Under the pieces are notes generated by a model. That model was not told the origin of the DNA and made no database searches. It was given only the letters and a program-made list of their open reading frames with translations. From Lama guanicoe (lineage: Eukaryota), in assembly GCA_013239625.1 (NCBI GenBank), contig MU054187.1:24740433-24804432 (forward strand): a stretch of 64,000 bases of DNA, written 5' to 3'. Below, piece after piece: positions 40,005 through 52,663 of this stretch (position 1 is the stretch's first letter; every line of letters starts with the position of its first letter). A program made the position numbers and the translations under genes.

Positions 40005-42383
40005 CTAAAAAGAAGAAAACATGTGAATACATATATTCATATGCTATTTTTTTAAAGAAAAATTTTAAGTTATAGACTACAAAGAGGCTATTCTAATCTG
40101 TTTTTCCTTCCGTCTCTTTAAATTTATAAAGGAACCATAATCTACAAAATAGAAGTCAGTATTTGGTCACTGCATAGTGTCAGTACACAAATTCCTACAT
40201 AATCACTTGATCATAAGAAGCCACTAATTACAGTATTAATTTAAAAACTGCTTTAGAGGGGGCAAAACAATGTAAGATAAAATATAAGTCAATTTTAAAA
40301 TCTATACCTGTTTTAAAAAACGTTAAAATGTTAAAAAATTATAATTGAGGAAATGTAACATCTGCCCTAACAAGAGACATAAGATCTTTTTAGCCTAATT
40401 GCCTTCCCACAGATTATTATACAGAATAAAGTCTTTTCAAGAAAGTAAATTAAAAAAAAAAAACAAACCGGGATTGGGTAAAACCTCAAAATAAGTATAT
40501 ACATCCGGGGGAGAAACTTCAACCAGCAAGCGAATGAAGCTATAAGCCTCAAATGAGGTGTCTCCACAAAATTTAAGAAAGATTAAAAAAAAACACCACT
40601 GGCAATGAAAAAGAAGATTCAGCGCAATTCTCAAAAATCATTCCACTAAAGAATTTGTAAGTATGCATCTAATGAACAGGGGGTATTGCCTAAATGTGAG
40701 CAAGTAATTTAGGGTATTTCTCAAGAATGGAATCTGAAAGTCACTAACCTCAAATGTGAATGAAGTAATTGGCTTCTTGCATGAAGCAGTAACGTGCAAT
40801 CCAACCCTGGACTGAGTAAATCCAATACAGGTGATACTGGGCAAAGGATTTAATTGCTCACTGCCTCAGTTTACTCTTCAGAAAATAAAAACTGAGCTGA
40901 ATGATCTTTAAGTTCCCATTTGGTTCTAACATTCAGTAATTTTAAAAACATAAGACAACCTATATTTTTGGAAAATCTACTAAAAAAATTAATACAATGG
41001 TAAGATTTTCTTTTCAGGCACATGATTGATCAAAAATATTGAAAAAGGAGAATTGCTCTGCAAGCTTTTGTTTAGTATATATCCAGTACTCTCTACTGTC
41101 CCAGCGACTGGGTGGCCATGAGCATCCCAGCCACAGGAACAGTGTATACTGTGGTGAATGGGTGCTAGTTTCCAGGTCTGTCACAGACTCAGTAAAACAT
41201 CTTTCAAGACTACCTAACTAACTTTGGTCTTATTCCAAACCCAGCAAGCAAGGGCATGATTACCTAGTCTACTTCTCAGGTAACTTGATACCTTTCAGAG
41301 GACCATGTTGGTGTCCACACACAAATATTCTGGTCACTATAAAGGTGCATCACTACTATAAACTAATAAACGGACATTTTGATTTATGAATCTATGATCT
41401 GTAGGTTTATTGGCATAAATTAGTACTCAAGAGGCTAATCACTCTGTGGAATTTATAAATCAGTTTCATAAACTTACAAAGATGAAAAGCTCCTTGGTCA
41501 GAGATAACCCCACTAAGATGCAAGTATAACATGAGGTTCAATCTGAGCAGCAAGCTTTTCTCTACAATACCTCTTTAGCTATAATAAACATATTCTGATT
41601 TAATTAACTATATTGAAGGATTTTTGCACCATTTAATAAAGGAATATAAATATTTGTTGCTTTTTACTATAGACATTAACCTAAAACAATCTCACATTAT
41701 CTACAGTCAACCTGTTTGAAAGGAGACGAATCACCTTCCAATGTCATTCTTCAATTAGGTTTGGATATAACCAAATCTGATGAAGATGCAAAATCTGAAA
41801 ACATATCAAAATACACCACTGTTTCAACAAATCGTCTGCATCTTCCAAAGGTACATTATCTATATGTCTCTAGGTTGTGACAATACATTAAGGTAATATT
41901 AAACCATTAACAATTTAAAGTCTTTGTGATTAGGCCCTTAAACCAAATAACAACTAAATAAAAAAGCATGAGATCACGGGATGATGTCAGAGACTGGAGG
42001 AAGACAACCTGATAGAAAAGACGTGAGCTGCTAACTTTAAAGACTGACAGTTGATCTCTAATTGCTTTGTTTTTCGACCAAGAACACAAACTATGCGCTG
42101 TAATGAATTTCTTGTTGAAAAGATAACATCTTTTTTAAAATACTAAACCAAAATCTGAAATAACATTTTATGTCCCTCTGCTTGTCCCAGATAATAAACA
42201 GGTTTTCTAAAACACCATTCTAAGCCCACATACAGGCACAGAACTGGTCGGTATATATAAATCTACAACAGTTCGGGTAATTTTAAAGTAAATGACTTTT
42301 AAAACACCTGTGTATGGTGAGTAAATGAATAAGATTAAATTCACAGAACTTACTTTAACATGATAACAAGGCATTCAACCTAC

Positions 42384-42543
42384 TTTAATGGTAACTTTAA
42401 CTGACATCATGACGAGATGAGTACATTCTTCTGTCCAATTGTTTACAGTAAGTCCTCCAAGTCGCAATACAGCTTGACTTAGAGCAGTTTTCCCAGACAC
42501 ATCTAAACAAGAAGAGCATGCAACCAAAGGTTCATACTCTACT
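42384..42543 (-). CDS. NBN: NBN exon 4 (BRCT1: [53 protein letters not shown])
   Basis: TACAG acceptor, AAA|GTAGGT donor, 160 nt. Confidence 0.97.
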
Positions 42544-43000
42544 CTGTAAATGAGAGTAAGTTACATAAAGTTATATTATCATAGTTACAGAGATGGCAAT
42601 TTACGGCACTTTAAACTTGAAGCTCCCATCATATGCTGCTATCGCATGATTTTTATGCATGACTAAACCGTCTAACTTACGCAAGTATCACTTCCTAAGT
42701 CTTAAGTCACAATTAAGAAAACAATGATCAAAGTTTAACATTATACTTTGACCTATGCGGAATCAAACAAAACCAGCTCTCATCATGGGTCCCAGGACCC
42801 ACTCAAACCCTCATTCACTCCTGTCACTACCTATGATTAACAAAAGGCACTGACCACACGTGCTGCTAAGTTCACTACTGGGCGAAGCAGGAACTAAACA
42901 GACTGGTTCCAATTCGTTAGCCATAAATATCCTTTTCCTTGAGAATTTGATTGGTGTAAAATAAAGCTGTTCATTTTAATATCAACTAAAAAATTCTTAC

Positions 43001-43149
43001 CTGAATTTACTTGCAAATACTCCAAAGGTAATTCTATCCCCTGTCTTCAAAGTTCGAGAAAGGCCATTCTGCATTTTTTCCTCATTAACAAAGGTACCAT
43101 ACTTAGAATTATCTTTTATTGTCAATATAGGGATTTCATCAGCTTGACT
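43001..43149 (-). CDS. NBN: NBN exon 3 ([32 protein letters not shown]...)
   Basis: CCAG acceptor after a T tract, CAG|GTAAGA donor, 149 nt; SKYGTFVN motif. Confidence 0.97.
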
Positions 43150-44255
43150 CTGGCAAAAAAAAAAAAGATAAATAATTTAAGGTCTCTTATCACTCAGTAA
43201 ATACTATTCCTAGGGGAAAAGATTTCAAAAGAAAAGACTGATAACTTTTTGAATAGGCCATAGGTGGCTAACCTCCCAATACACTAGTAATACAGTTACT
43301 GTTTTGGTTTCATACAAAAAATGATCACTCAACTAGCAATTAAAAGAAAATATCTTAATTCCAGAATCACTCCTCTTAGAACATACATTTTCTTCATTTT
43401 TTAAATCAGTGGCGATTTTCTGACCCCTCTGTGTTTCATGTATAATGTGACAGCTTCATTCCTAAAGTTTTTTTCCAACATTATCAAAATCACATGGTAA
43501 AAATCATTCCAGTGAGAAAAGGTTAGTGTCTGACTTGCAGTAATAATTCTATTTTTTCTTTACAAATTTCAATAACATTTTTCTGTATCTAAAAGGCAGA
43601 AAACCTAAATATCACTGAACAGATCCAGCGTTTTCCCATATGCAGTCTTTGTTCAAAGTAATGGCTTCTCTTTCTTACTGCCACCTGTATTTAAACAACT
43701 ATGAGCACAGCTATTTGTATGTATTTACATTACTTTTATAACCCACTGTTATTAAAATGACCAACATACCAAGAGAAATTCAAAGCCATTCAAAGGAGCT
43801 GTGGGGCATAAGCAACAGCTACTTTCCCTGGTAAAATAAATCAGTTTCTATCCTGAAAACCTAAGTGATACGGGAAATACCAGTGTTCACACAGCTACAC
43901 AAGCTATTTAAAGTAGGAGTCGTGATGGTCTATTCACCACTCTATTTCCAGGCTCAGTACGGTGACTAACACACAGTAAACACTCAATAAATGTTTAAGA
44001 AAATAAATACAAATATATTCCACTTCCTTTGAGTGTCTAAATCACTAAAACAAACAGTAAAATACTGATACATAACCTTCAAATCTCAAAATAAACACCA
44101 CCAGCACCACTCCCAAAACGTAAATGTTTTATTTTACTGACATTAAGAAAAAAGAGCCTTATGAAATGAAGTCTCAGGAACTCTCTCTTACATATGCAGC
44201 AAGGTAATCTTTTGTGATTTCAATCCTCTTATTACAAGCTAGTGAAGTAAAATTA

Positions 44256-44408
<153 letters not shown>

Positions 44409-45260
44409 TTAAAAAGTAAGTTAACAGATACACCCACATATAAATATGTATTTAAGGTACGGGTACAGCAAGTATTTAAACATTTTTATTTTACTATTTA
44501 AATGCTAGTAATCAACTTAATATAAATCAAACTTGCGTTTTCTAGTATAGGCTCACTGAAGGATGCAACTCTAAATAGACGGAAAGTTCTACCACTTTTC
44601 TAAAGAGAAAATAATACTGAAAATCGTCAATGCTTATCCAAATTATAAATTTAATACATTAACACACAAAATCACAACACTACGTTTGGAACCTGATGAA
44701 CAGATTCAAAATTCCATCTAGAAAATGTAACGCAAAAACGTCAAGAAAAATGTGAACACTATGGGAACTTCCCCTACCAGATGGTAAAATATGCCAGAAA
44801 GCCACAGTAATTACAAAGTATGGTATTGGATCAAGAGTAAACAAACATAGATCAATGCAAGAAAAGTCCAGACCAGATTCAAGTGCCTATTTTGTGGAAT
44901 TTACGTTAAAGGTAGCTTTCAGAACAATGGGAAAGGCTTATTAGCTTCAAAAGTTGGGGGAAATCACAAATTGAATAGCATGCATGTTGGAAACTTGAGG
45001 AGTTTAGTCTGGGAGCTCTGAAGTCCATTACCGGAATGGTAAAGTGATGAGGGCAGATAAACGAGACAAGGACGAAGCAGTCCAAGTAAGCCTTAATCAG
45101 ATTTGGATTACATTTTGTTCATCAGATTCTTAACCTAGACAGGGCTCTTTCAATGAAAAAACTTTTGTGTAGGTTTACTTACATTTTCCCTAGAAGGATG
45201 GCACCCCCTAGCTTCCGTTACGTACTGAAAAGAGTTCAAGATCCCTCAAAGGGTAAGAAT

Positions 45261-45272
45261 GCCACCTGCTGG
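45261..45272 (-). promoter_or_regulatory. candidate CTCF site in intron 1
   Basis: Minus strand CCAGCAGGTGGC matches the CTCF core CCASYAGRKGGC. Confidence 0.55.
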
Positions 45273-45923
45273 CGCTAGGGGCATTTGTCCTTACTGCCAC
45301 CCTAGGGAGTCAAAGAGCCAGCTAGCCAAAGGCTACAACTAAGTGTTCCTGGAAACTGTTCCTACTTGTCGGCCAACGGTTTATGCTACCCCTAAAACGC
45401 TCGGAGTCCACAGTGATGCCTTGATCTCTATTAATATATTTTTAATATCGATAGTATGATCATGGTACTTTTTTCCCTTATCATTCGTTTGGCCCTCTCC
45501 ATCCCTCCTTATACTGTCAGTCAATTTGGCCTATACATAGATCTTTTTATCATAGTGCAAACTTCCTGAGGGCAAGATCCAATCATAGGTTTACACGTCT
45601 ACCAACTAATAAGTATTTGCATATACTGGGCAACAAATTAACATGAGATTACCATCTTCCGTTGCTGGAAATGCAGAAAAGGAAAAAAGGGGGGAAAAAA
45701 AAACCTTTTCAGTTGTTCTGATGACAAAACGGAAAAAGGCTTACAAAAACCAAACTATGCTTTCCCGTGATTGTCATTTACCCAAGTCACCTCCAAATGG
45801 TTCGTCACAAAAACGAACCATATGCTCAAGACACTCATCTGTTGCCATCCTGTGGTTGAGTCTGTGTTCACTTATTCTGGGCGTTTCCTCAAAAGCTGAA
45901 AACATGAGGGGTCACAGCAGATC

Positions 45924-46113
45924 CCCGGCCCAGGCTGGACCCGGCAGGCCGTCGGCGCCGGCATAGGACAGGTCGGGCCGCCCGCGGAGCTCGGGGAGCC
46001 CGGCGGGAGGTGGCCCCGCGGCGAGGCCCGGCCCAGGCTGGACTCGGCAGGCCGTCGGCGCCGGGGTCGGGGCAGGTCCCGCCCGCCCGCGGAGCTGGCG
46101 GGTGGCCCCGCGG
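45924..46113. repeat. diverged ~100-bp tandem duplication in the CpG island
   Basis: CCCGGCCCAGGCTGGAC(C/T)CGGCAGGCCGTCGGCGCCGG...GCCCGCGGAGCT...GTGGCCCCGCGG starts at 45924 and 46027. Confidence 0.9.
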
Positions 46114-46244
46114 CCCCCGCACCGCACATGCACGGCCTCCCGGCGCGAGAACCGGGAGCCCGCCGAGGAAATCCCGCTCCACACGGCTGCCCACCGCCGC
46201 TGCTCCGGGAACTCGCTCCCCGGGCGTCTCCCTTCTGCCCTTAC

Positions 46245-46281
46245 CTCGGGCCGGGCCCGTGGCGGGGAGCAGCTTCCACAT
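46245..46281 (-). CDS. NBN: NBN exon 1 coding part (MWKLLPATGPAR)
   Basis: ATG at 46281-46279 inside the CpG island; donor GAG|GTAAGG; matches the nibrin N-terminus. Confidence 0.97.
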
Positions 46282-46411
46282 GGGCGCGGGTCCTCGGTGT
46301 CCGGGCCGACGCGCCGCGGGGAATCGCCGCTGAGCGACGTGCGCGGCCTCCGGCGCGTGCGCGTTCCCGGGAGCCGCGGGGTAGACCGGAGAGCGAGCCG
46401 GGCGCCTGGTC

Positions 46412-46423
46412 GCCACCTGCTGG
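46412..46423 (-). promoter_or_regulatory. candidate CTCF site upstream of the NBN ATG
   Basis: Minus strand CCAGCAGGTGGC(G), identical core to the intron 1 site. Confidence 0.6.
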
Positions 46424-47199
46424 TTAGGAAAGGAGCAGCGTAACCTGGATTGCAATGTGCTGTATTAAAAGGCTGTTTTTTAAATGGCTGTGAAGTTAAG
46501 GATCCCCTTTTAAGATACTCAACGAATACAAGATTATTTACTTTTTCCTATTGTGAGTGGAAATTATTTTAAAAACTGGCTTCAAAGCAACGTAAGGAAA
46601 CTTTCTTTTTTTTTTTTACAAAGCAAACAACTAAGGTTATTTTATTAAAACAGTTACTTGCTACTCAGCAAGCAAGCATTCTCACCATACAAGGGCAGTA
46701 ACTGTTTATCATCCAAATTTTGCACATTAAAAAAAATGACACAGAGGAAATTAATAGGCCCCTTCAAGCTCTAGGAGGGTAAGGAAATTTTCTAATTAAA
46801 GACATTAACATAGTCACCAGTTACTTATTTCCGTATATTTGCAATTTCTTAAATTGCAGTCCTTCCTTTGTGTGGATCCTAATGATGGTGAAAAATAGGA
46901 TGAAGATAAGGATTTCACTCCAAGTTAACGCATTATTTTTACTCTTCTCCAAGCTCAAATCAACTTCTCCTAACTTCTCTGTTTCCTAATGTTGCGCTTT
47001 CATCTAATCAGGAGCTAAGTAAGTGCTGGGGAGTCTATCCATCCTTTCCATTTCTTCCTGTACCAAGCTGGTCCAAACTCTTGATACTCCAATAGCCTCC
47101 TAATCCTTCACCACCCACCTCCTGCACTAGTCCATTCTACATCTTGCAAACTACAGAGTAAACACCCTGGAACACACTTCTGATCAATAATTTATGGTT

Positions 47200-48430
47200 T
47201 TCAAAAGCATTCTGTAATGAGAAGGGAAAAGAAGTCACTTTAAAAGCCTGGTTTGCCAATCTGTTGTGCAAAAATCGTACACACAGAATTAGCAGATTGA
47301 ATCAGGTGGTTTATAAGAGGGTAATCATGACTAAGCGGGGCTTATTCCAGAAATAGACGGGTGGGTATCGACTGGGGGAAAAAATACATGTAATTCACCA
47401 GAATAACAGGGGAAAAAAGGAGGAAAAACATGATCATCTAGGCAGACACAGTAAAATCATTTGGTAAAATTGAACATCTATCCATTTATTCTCAGCAAAA
47501 CAGGAGGAGAAGGAACACCCTTGATCTGATAAAAGGTATCTATGAAAAACCTGCAGCATACATTATACTTAAGGCAAATTATTTAATACTTACCCCTGAC
47601 ATCAGGAATGAAATAAGAACATATTTGCTCTTATTTTCAACCACTTATTTTCAACCAAGTTTGGGATGTTCTAACCAATGCAATAAAGGGGGAAAAGAAA
47701 AGGTATATGGATTGGAAAGGAAGAAATAACAGTCATTATTCACAAACGACATGATTATGTACAATGAAAAATCTAAAAGAATTGAAACATGAATTTAATA
47801 AGGTTACTGAGTACAATGTCTAAAAAAATTTCCATTGTATACTTTTATTCCAGATAATACATAGAAATTGCATTAAATTAAATATGTAATTGTAGTAACA
47901 CCAACAGTCATCATGTTGTAATACCTTGTAAGAAATCTATCCAAAGATGTGATACAAAACATTATTGACTGCAAAAACATGCCTGACAGAAATTAAAATA
48001 AGTCCTAAATAAACACAGGATAATATAACAAAATCATGGATTGTTAAGATGTCATTTTCCCCAAAATTGATCTACAGATTGAATGCAATTTAAATATTGT
48101 TCCAAAAGATTATTTGAATGGAAACTGATAAGCAGGTTCTAAAATCTAATAGCCAAGGACTTTTTGAAGAAATAAAGTTGGAGTGTTTATAACTACCAGG
48201 TATCAAGATGTATTATAAAGTTATAGTTTTTTGTCAGTGTTCTATTGGCACAAAGATAGAAAACAGGCAAATGCGTCAAAAGAAACCTAGAAAAGATCCA
48301 TACATGTAATTTAATTCTTCAGAAGTGATATTACAGAGCAATGGAATTTTTCTTTTTTTCAATAAATGGTCCTGGGAATATTACCTAATATTACGGAAGA
48401 AATGAAGGCTGATCCCATACCTCACACACA
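47200..48430 (+). mobile_element. ancient L1M ORF2 relic
   Basis: Degenerate RT region (CATGATCATC, TTATTCACAAACGACATGAT, TTGATCTACAGATTGAATGCAAT). Confidence 0.7.
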
Positions 48431-48529
48431 TACAAGCTTTCAAATATACAAAACAGCATTGTTAATTATAGTCATCATGTTGTACATTACATTATAACTG
48501 GAAATTTGTATATTGCTTTTTATTTACTA

Positions 48530-49800
48530 TCTTGCCTGTGCAGTTTCCGAGGCTCCATGTTGGCCTTTCCCACTTTGTTTTTACCCCAAAGACCAAGGAA
48601 CTGATATGGGTGCTGTACTAACTACCAAATATGTCCATTCCAATTATACGTTTGGAAACTGTGGAAGTGACCACTAGACAGCTCCCTGCGCTCAGTGGAC
48701 CTACTGTATACCACACTTGGGCAAAAATTCCATTAATTATCTGGTTCCCACATACCTCAAACTGGGGGCCATGATGATACTTTAGGCTTCTAGGTATCAA
48801 TAATGACTTTGTCCAACAATCTTCAAAGTGTTTGAGCATTTGCTCTTCCTCAGTGTATGGTTTCCCAAGCAAATGGTCATAGGTCCTTTTGAGGAAGGAC
48901 CGAGGATGGGGTGGCCATGGGTGGGGACATCACTACTGTACCTTCTCACCATGGTGTTGCAGGGTCCTCCCTCCTGGCAGTCCTGCCTGTCCTTCAGTAA
49001 ATGGGTTCTGGACTGGTAAACTGGCTCAGGTCAGGAAACTGGGTAAGAGACTGTGACTTTTTATTAAGGCTGCTGCTCTTAGCCTTGTGTCACCTTCCTT
49101 GTATAGGCTGAGTATGCCCTTGTTGGCTAGCCTGTATCTTTCCCCCAGGGATGCCATATTCTATCAATCACCTTTGGATCTCTGACTGCCACTCCAATCT
49201 TGCCACTTACTTGGAAAATTGTATCCCTCTAATGGTTAAGTACTGCCACCTGTCCTCTGTTATTTCAGGATTCTATTATTAGCCTTGTTGCTATCTGTGA
49301 ACCCCTTTCTGAAACAGCATCTTTTATCATCAGCCATGACCTATGAGGAAAGCCACCTCTGAGCTCCTCGGTGATGCTGGTGCCCTTCTCACTAATCACT
49401 TTGTTATAATGGAGCATCTGAATTGGAACTTTGTCATCTGGTGGAGTTTCCACACTAGCATACCCACATCTCTGCGTCTTCCACCTGCCATGACAGTTCT
49501 GACATTTCTACTTCTCTTAGTGTGGGCCACCACACTACTAGGAGCCATCATAGAAGACCGACAGTCATATTTCATACAGTCCTTGCCAGAGTGTTAAATC
49601 CGCTCTCTCCAAAGTGTGCTGCCAAATCAATAAACTCTCCCTTATCCGAATGTATTTTCCATCCACTCCTTGTTTAGCAGAACGATAAAGAAAACTTGTC
49701 TGTTGCTTGGCAACAACGAAGGTGTGATAACCAGAGCTGAGAAATATTAAAAAGGTGGTGCACAACACAGATAGAGTTTAAGATTGATAGCAAATTGGTC
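48530..49800 (-). mobile_element. ERVL internal (gag-pro) relic
   Basis: ORF 48618..48872 LLIP...HHGP...GNQIINGIFAQV..TVGP...IIGMDI resembles the ERVL protease region. Confidence 0.65.
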
Positions 49801-49889
49801 TGCTCATTGTTCCATAATCCTTGTTTCATGTAACTTGCTGGTATCTCCTCTCACGTCTGTTCTGCTATGAATAAACCCTCCTGGATCTT

Positions 49890-52663
49890 CCTTTTTTCAT
49901 TTTTAAGTTTTATTAGCTAGAATTTTTACAATTTGACTGCACATATACAATATATTGCATGTAAATACACATACACAATATACTACATGTATCTTTTACT
50001 TTACGTATCTGTACTGTTCATCATTTCTAAGAACGTTTAGAGCTTTAGCTTTTAAAACTTACATAGTTATCAAAGGAATAAAGCCAACCACAAAATAAGG
50101 ATTAATTTGAAAAGATACATACACCCCACTATTAACAGCAACATTATTTATAATTGCCAAGACATGGAAGCATAGTAATTGCACATCGATAGATAAATGG
50201 GTAAAGCAGACGCAGCATATGTATGTAATGGAATACAACTCACACATAAGAAAGAAGGATATTTTGCCATTTGCTACCCTTCATTCACCTTTTTTTCACT
50301 TCAAAAACCAGAATTTCATAACTGAAATAAGCATTTCCATAGCATCAAAAACAACAAAATACCTAGATGTAAATGTAACCAAGGAGGTTACCTATACTCT
50401 GAAAACTGTAAAACATTGATGAAGGAAATTGAAGATAATACAAAGAAATGGAAAGATATCCTGTGGTCTTGGATTGGAAGAATCAACATTTTCAAAATGG
50501 CCATACACCCAAAGCAATCTACAGGTCCAATGCAAACCCTGTCAAAATACTCATGACATTCTTCACAGAAGTAAAACAAACAATTCCAAAATTTATATGG
50601 AACTAAAAAAGACACCAAATTGCCAAAGCAATATTTTGTAGGTCTTTATTTTTTTCTCTTTCCTCTTTTTGTTCTCTTTTCTTATGGTTTGATGACTAGA
50701 GAAGTTCCTTAAACACTTGTAAAGCCAGTTTAGTGGTGCTGAATTCTTTTAGCTTTTGTTTATCTGTGACATTTTTGATTTCTCCATCAAATCTGAAGGA
50801 GAGCCTTGCTGGATAGAGTATTCTTGGTTGTAAGTTTTTCCCTTTCATCACTTTAAATATATAGTGCCACTACCCTCTGGCCTGTAGAGTTTCTGCTGAA
50901 AAGTCAGCTGGTAAACTATGGGAGTTCCCTTGTATGTTATTTCTTGCTTTTCTCTTGCTAATTTTAATATTTTCTTTTATCCTTAATTTTTGTCCATTTG
51001 ATGACTACCTGCCTTGGTGTGTCCCTCTTTGAGTTGATCCTGTGTGGAACTCCCTGTGCTTCCTGGACTTGGGTGACTGTTTCCTTTCCCAAGTGGGGGA
51101 AGTTTTCGGTTATTATCTCTCCAAAAATTTTCTCAGGTCCTTTCTCTCTCTCTTCTCTGTCTGGGACCCCTATAATGTGAATATTAGTGTGCTCCATGTT
51201 GTCCCAGAGTTCTCTTAAACTATCCTCATTTCCTTTCATTCTTTTTTCTTTTTTCTGTTCAGTAGTGATTTCCACTAATCTGTCTTCTAGCTCATTGATC
51301 CACTCTTCTGCCTCATTTAGTCTATTCTTGGTTCCTTCTAGTGTGTTATTCATGTCTGATTTTATTCTTCAACTATGTTGGGGTATTCTTTATATTTTCC
51401 AACTCTTTGCTAAAAACTTCACTCCATGCATCTGTACTCCTCTTGAGTTCTCTGAACATCTTTGTCATCATCACTTTAAACTCTTTCTCAGATAAGTTAC
51501 CTATCTCCTAATCACTTATTTTTTCTTCTAGGATTCTGTCTTGTGCCTTGTCCTGGGAGATATTCCTCTGCCGCCTCATATTTTGTATCTTTCTGTTTGT
51601 ATTTTTAGGTAGGTTAGTTATGTTTCCTGACCTTGGAGAAGTGGGCTTCTATAGGAGATGTCCTATGTGTCCCAGCAGCACACTCCTCTCTTGCCACCCA
51701 GGGCCAATGTCCAGCCAGTCCCAGTGTAGAGTTTGGCCTGTGTTTTTGGATTCCTTCCAAGGCTTTGGGATTGTTGTTTTCTTAGTTCCAGTATCTGCCC
51801 CTAGTGGATGAGGCTGGACTAGAGGCTTATGTAGGATTCCTGGCAGGAGGAGCTGGTGCCTGGCCACTGCTGGGTGAAGCTTGGTCCTGGACCTCTGCTT
51901 GGTAGGGCCCTGTCTAGAGGCCTTTGTGGCTTAGGAAGTCTGCTGATGGCTGGAGCTGTGTTCCCACCCTGTGTATTGTTTGGCCCTAGGATTCCATACA
52001 GGCTGTTTGAGGTGCTAGGTCTTGGTGCTAATGATGCAATCCAGGAAAGCTCCAGGAAAGCTCATGTAGATGAACACTCCTGGAATGTCCACCACCAGCT
52101 TTTATGTCCAATGGGTGAGCTGCAGCCATCCCCTGCATCACCTAGAGACGTCCCAAAACCAGCAGGAAAGCTTTGCCCAGGTTCCTATGAAATCACTACC
52201 TCTGCCTTTGGACCTGGCACACATGAGATTCTGTGTATGATTCCCAAGAGAATGAAGTCTCTGTTTCTCCCAGTCCCATGGGCCTCCTGGAGCTCAGCCT
52301 TGCTGGTCTTCAATACCAGATGTCCTGGGGTCTCCTCTTCCTCCCAATGCTGGAATCCTGGACTGGGTGCCTGACGTGGGGCTTAGAGCTCTCACTCCTG
52401 TGGGAGGGCCTCTGCAACTTGTTTCTTCTTCAGCTTGTGGGTCGCCCACCCAGGGGATATGGAACCTGATTATATCCCAAGCACACCCCTCCTACCATCC
52501 TGCTGTGGCTCCCTCTTTATGTTTCCAGCTGAAGATGATCTTTTTTGCTAGTTTCCAGCCTTTTTTTTTTTTTATGTTTGTTTAGCAGTTAGTCGTGATT
52601 TTATTGTAGTCACTAGGAGAGGCAAGCTCTTGGTCCTACCACTCCACCATCTTGACCGGAAAT
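49890..52663 (-). mobile_element. ORF1-only L1-derived composite element (HAL1-like)
   Basis: L1 5' end with YY1 CAAGATGG; ORF1 remnant 51579-50696; opposite-strand ORF2 pieces; AATAAA and A-rich tail; TSD CCCTCCTGGATCTT (49876-49889) / CCCTCCTAGATCTT (52664-52677). Confidence 0.75.
50696..51579 (-). pseudogene. L1-type ORF1 remnant
   Basis: ATGAGGCGGCAGAGG start; ORF 50964..51353 (RLNEAEEWINELEDR...NIHIIGVPDREE...ENFPHLGK); ends ...KEFSTTK...TAG. Confidence 0.85.

Larger units (their letters stand above)
45920..46445 (-). promoter_or_regulatory. CpG island promoter / 5' end of NBN
   Basis: Very GC- and CpG-rich block spanning exon 1; NRF1-like CGCGCACGCGCC (46352-46363, minus); no TATA box seen. 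Confidence 0.9.

Noticed and set aside
45643..46455. Several overlapping 85-188 aa ORFs around exon 1
   Set aside because: Stop-poor frames are expected in a CpG island; only the 37-nt NBN exon 1 part is supported.
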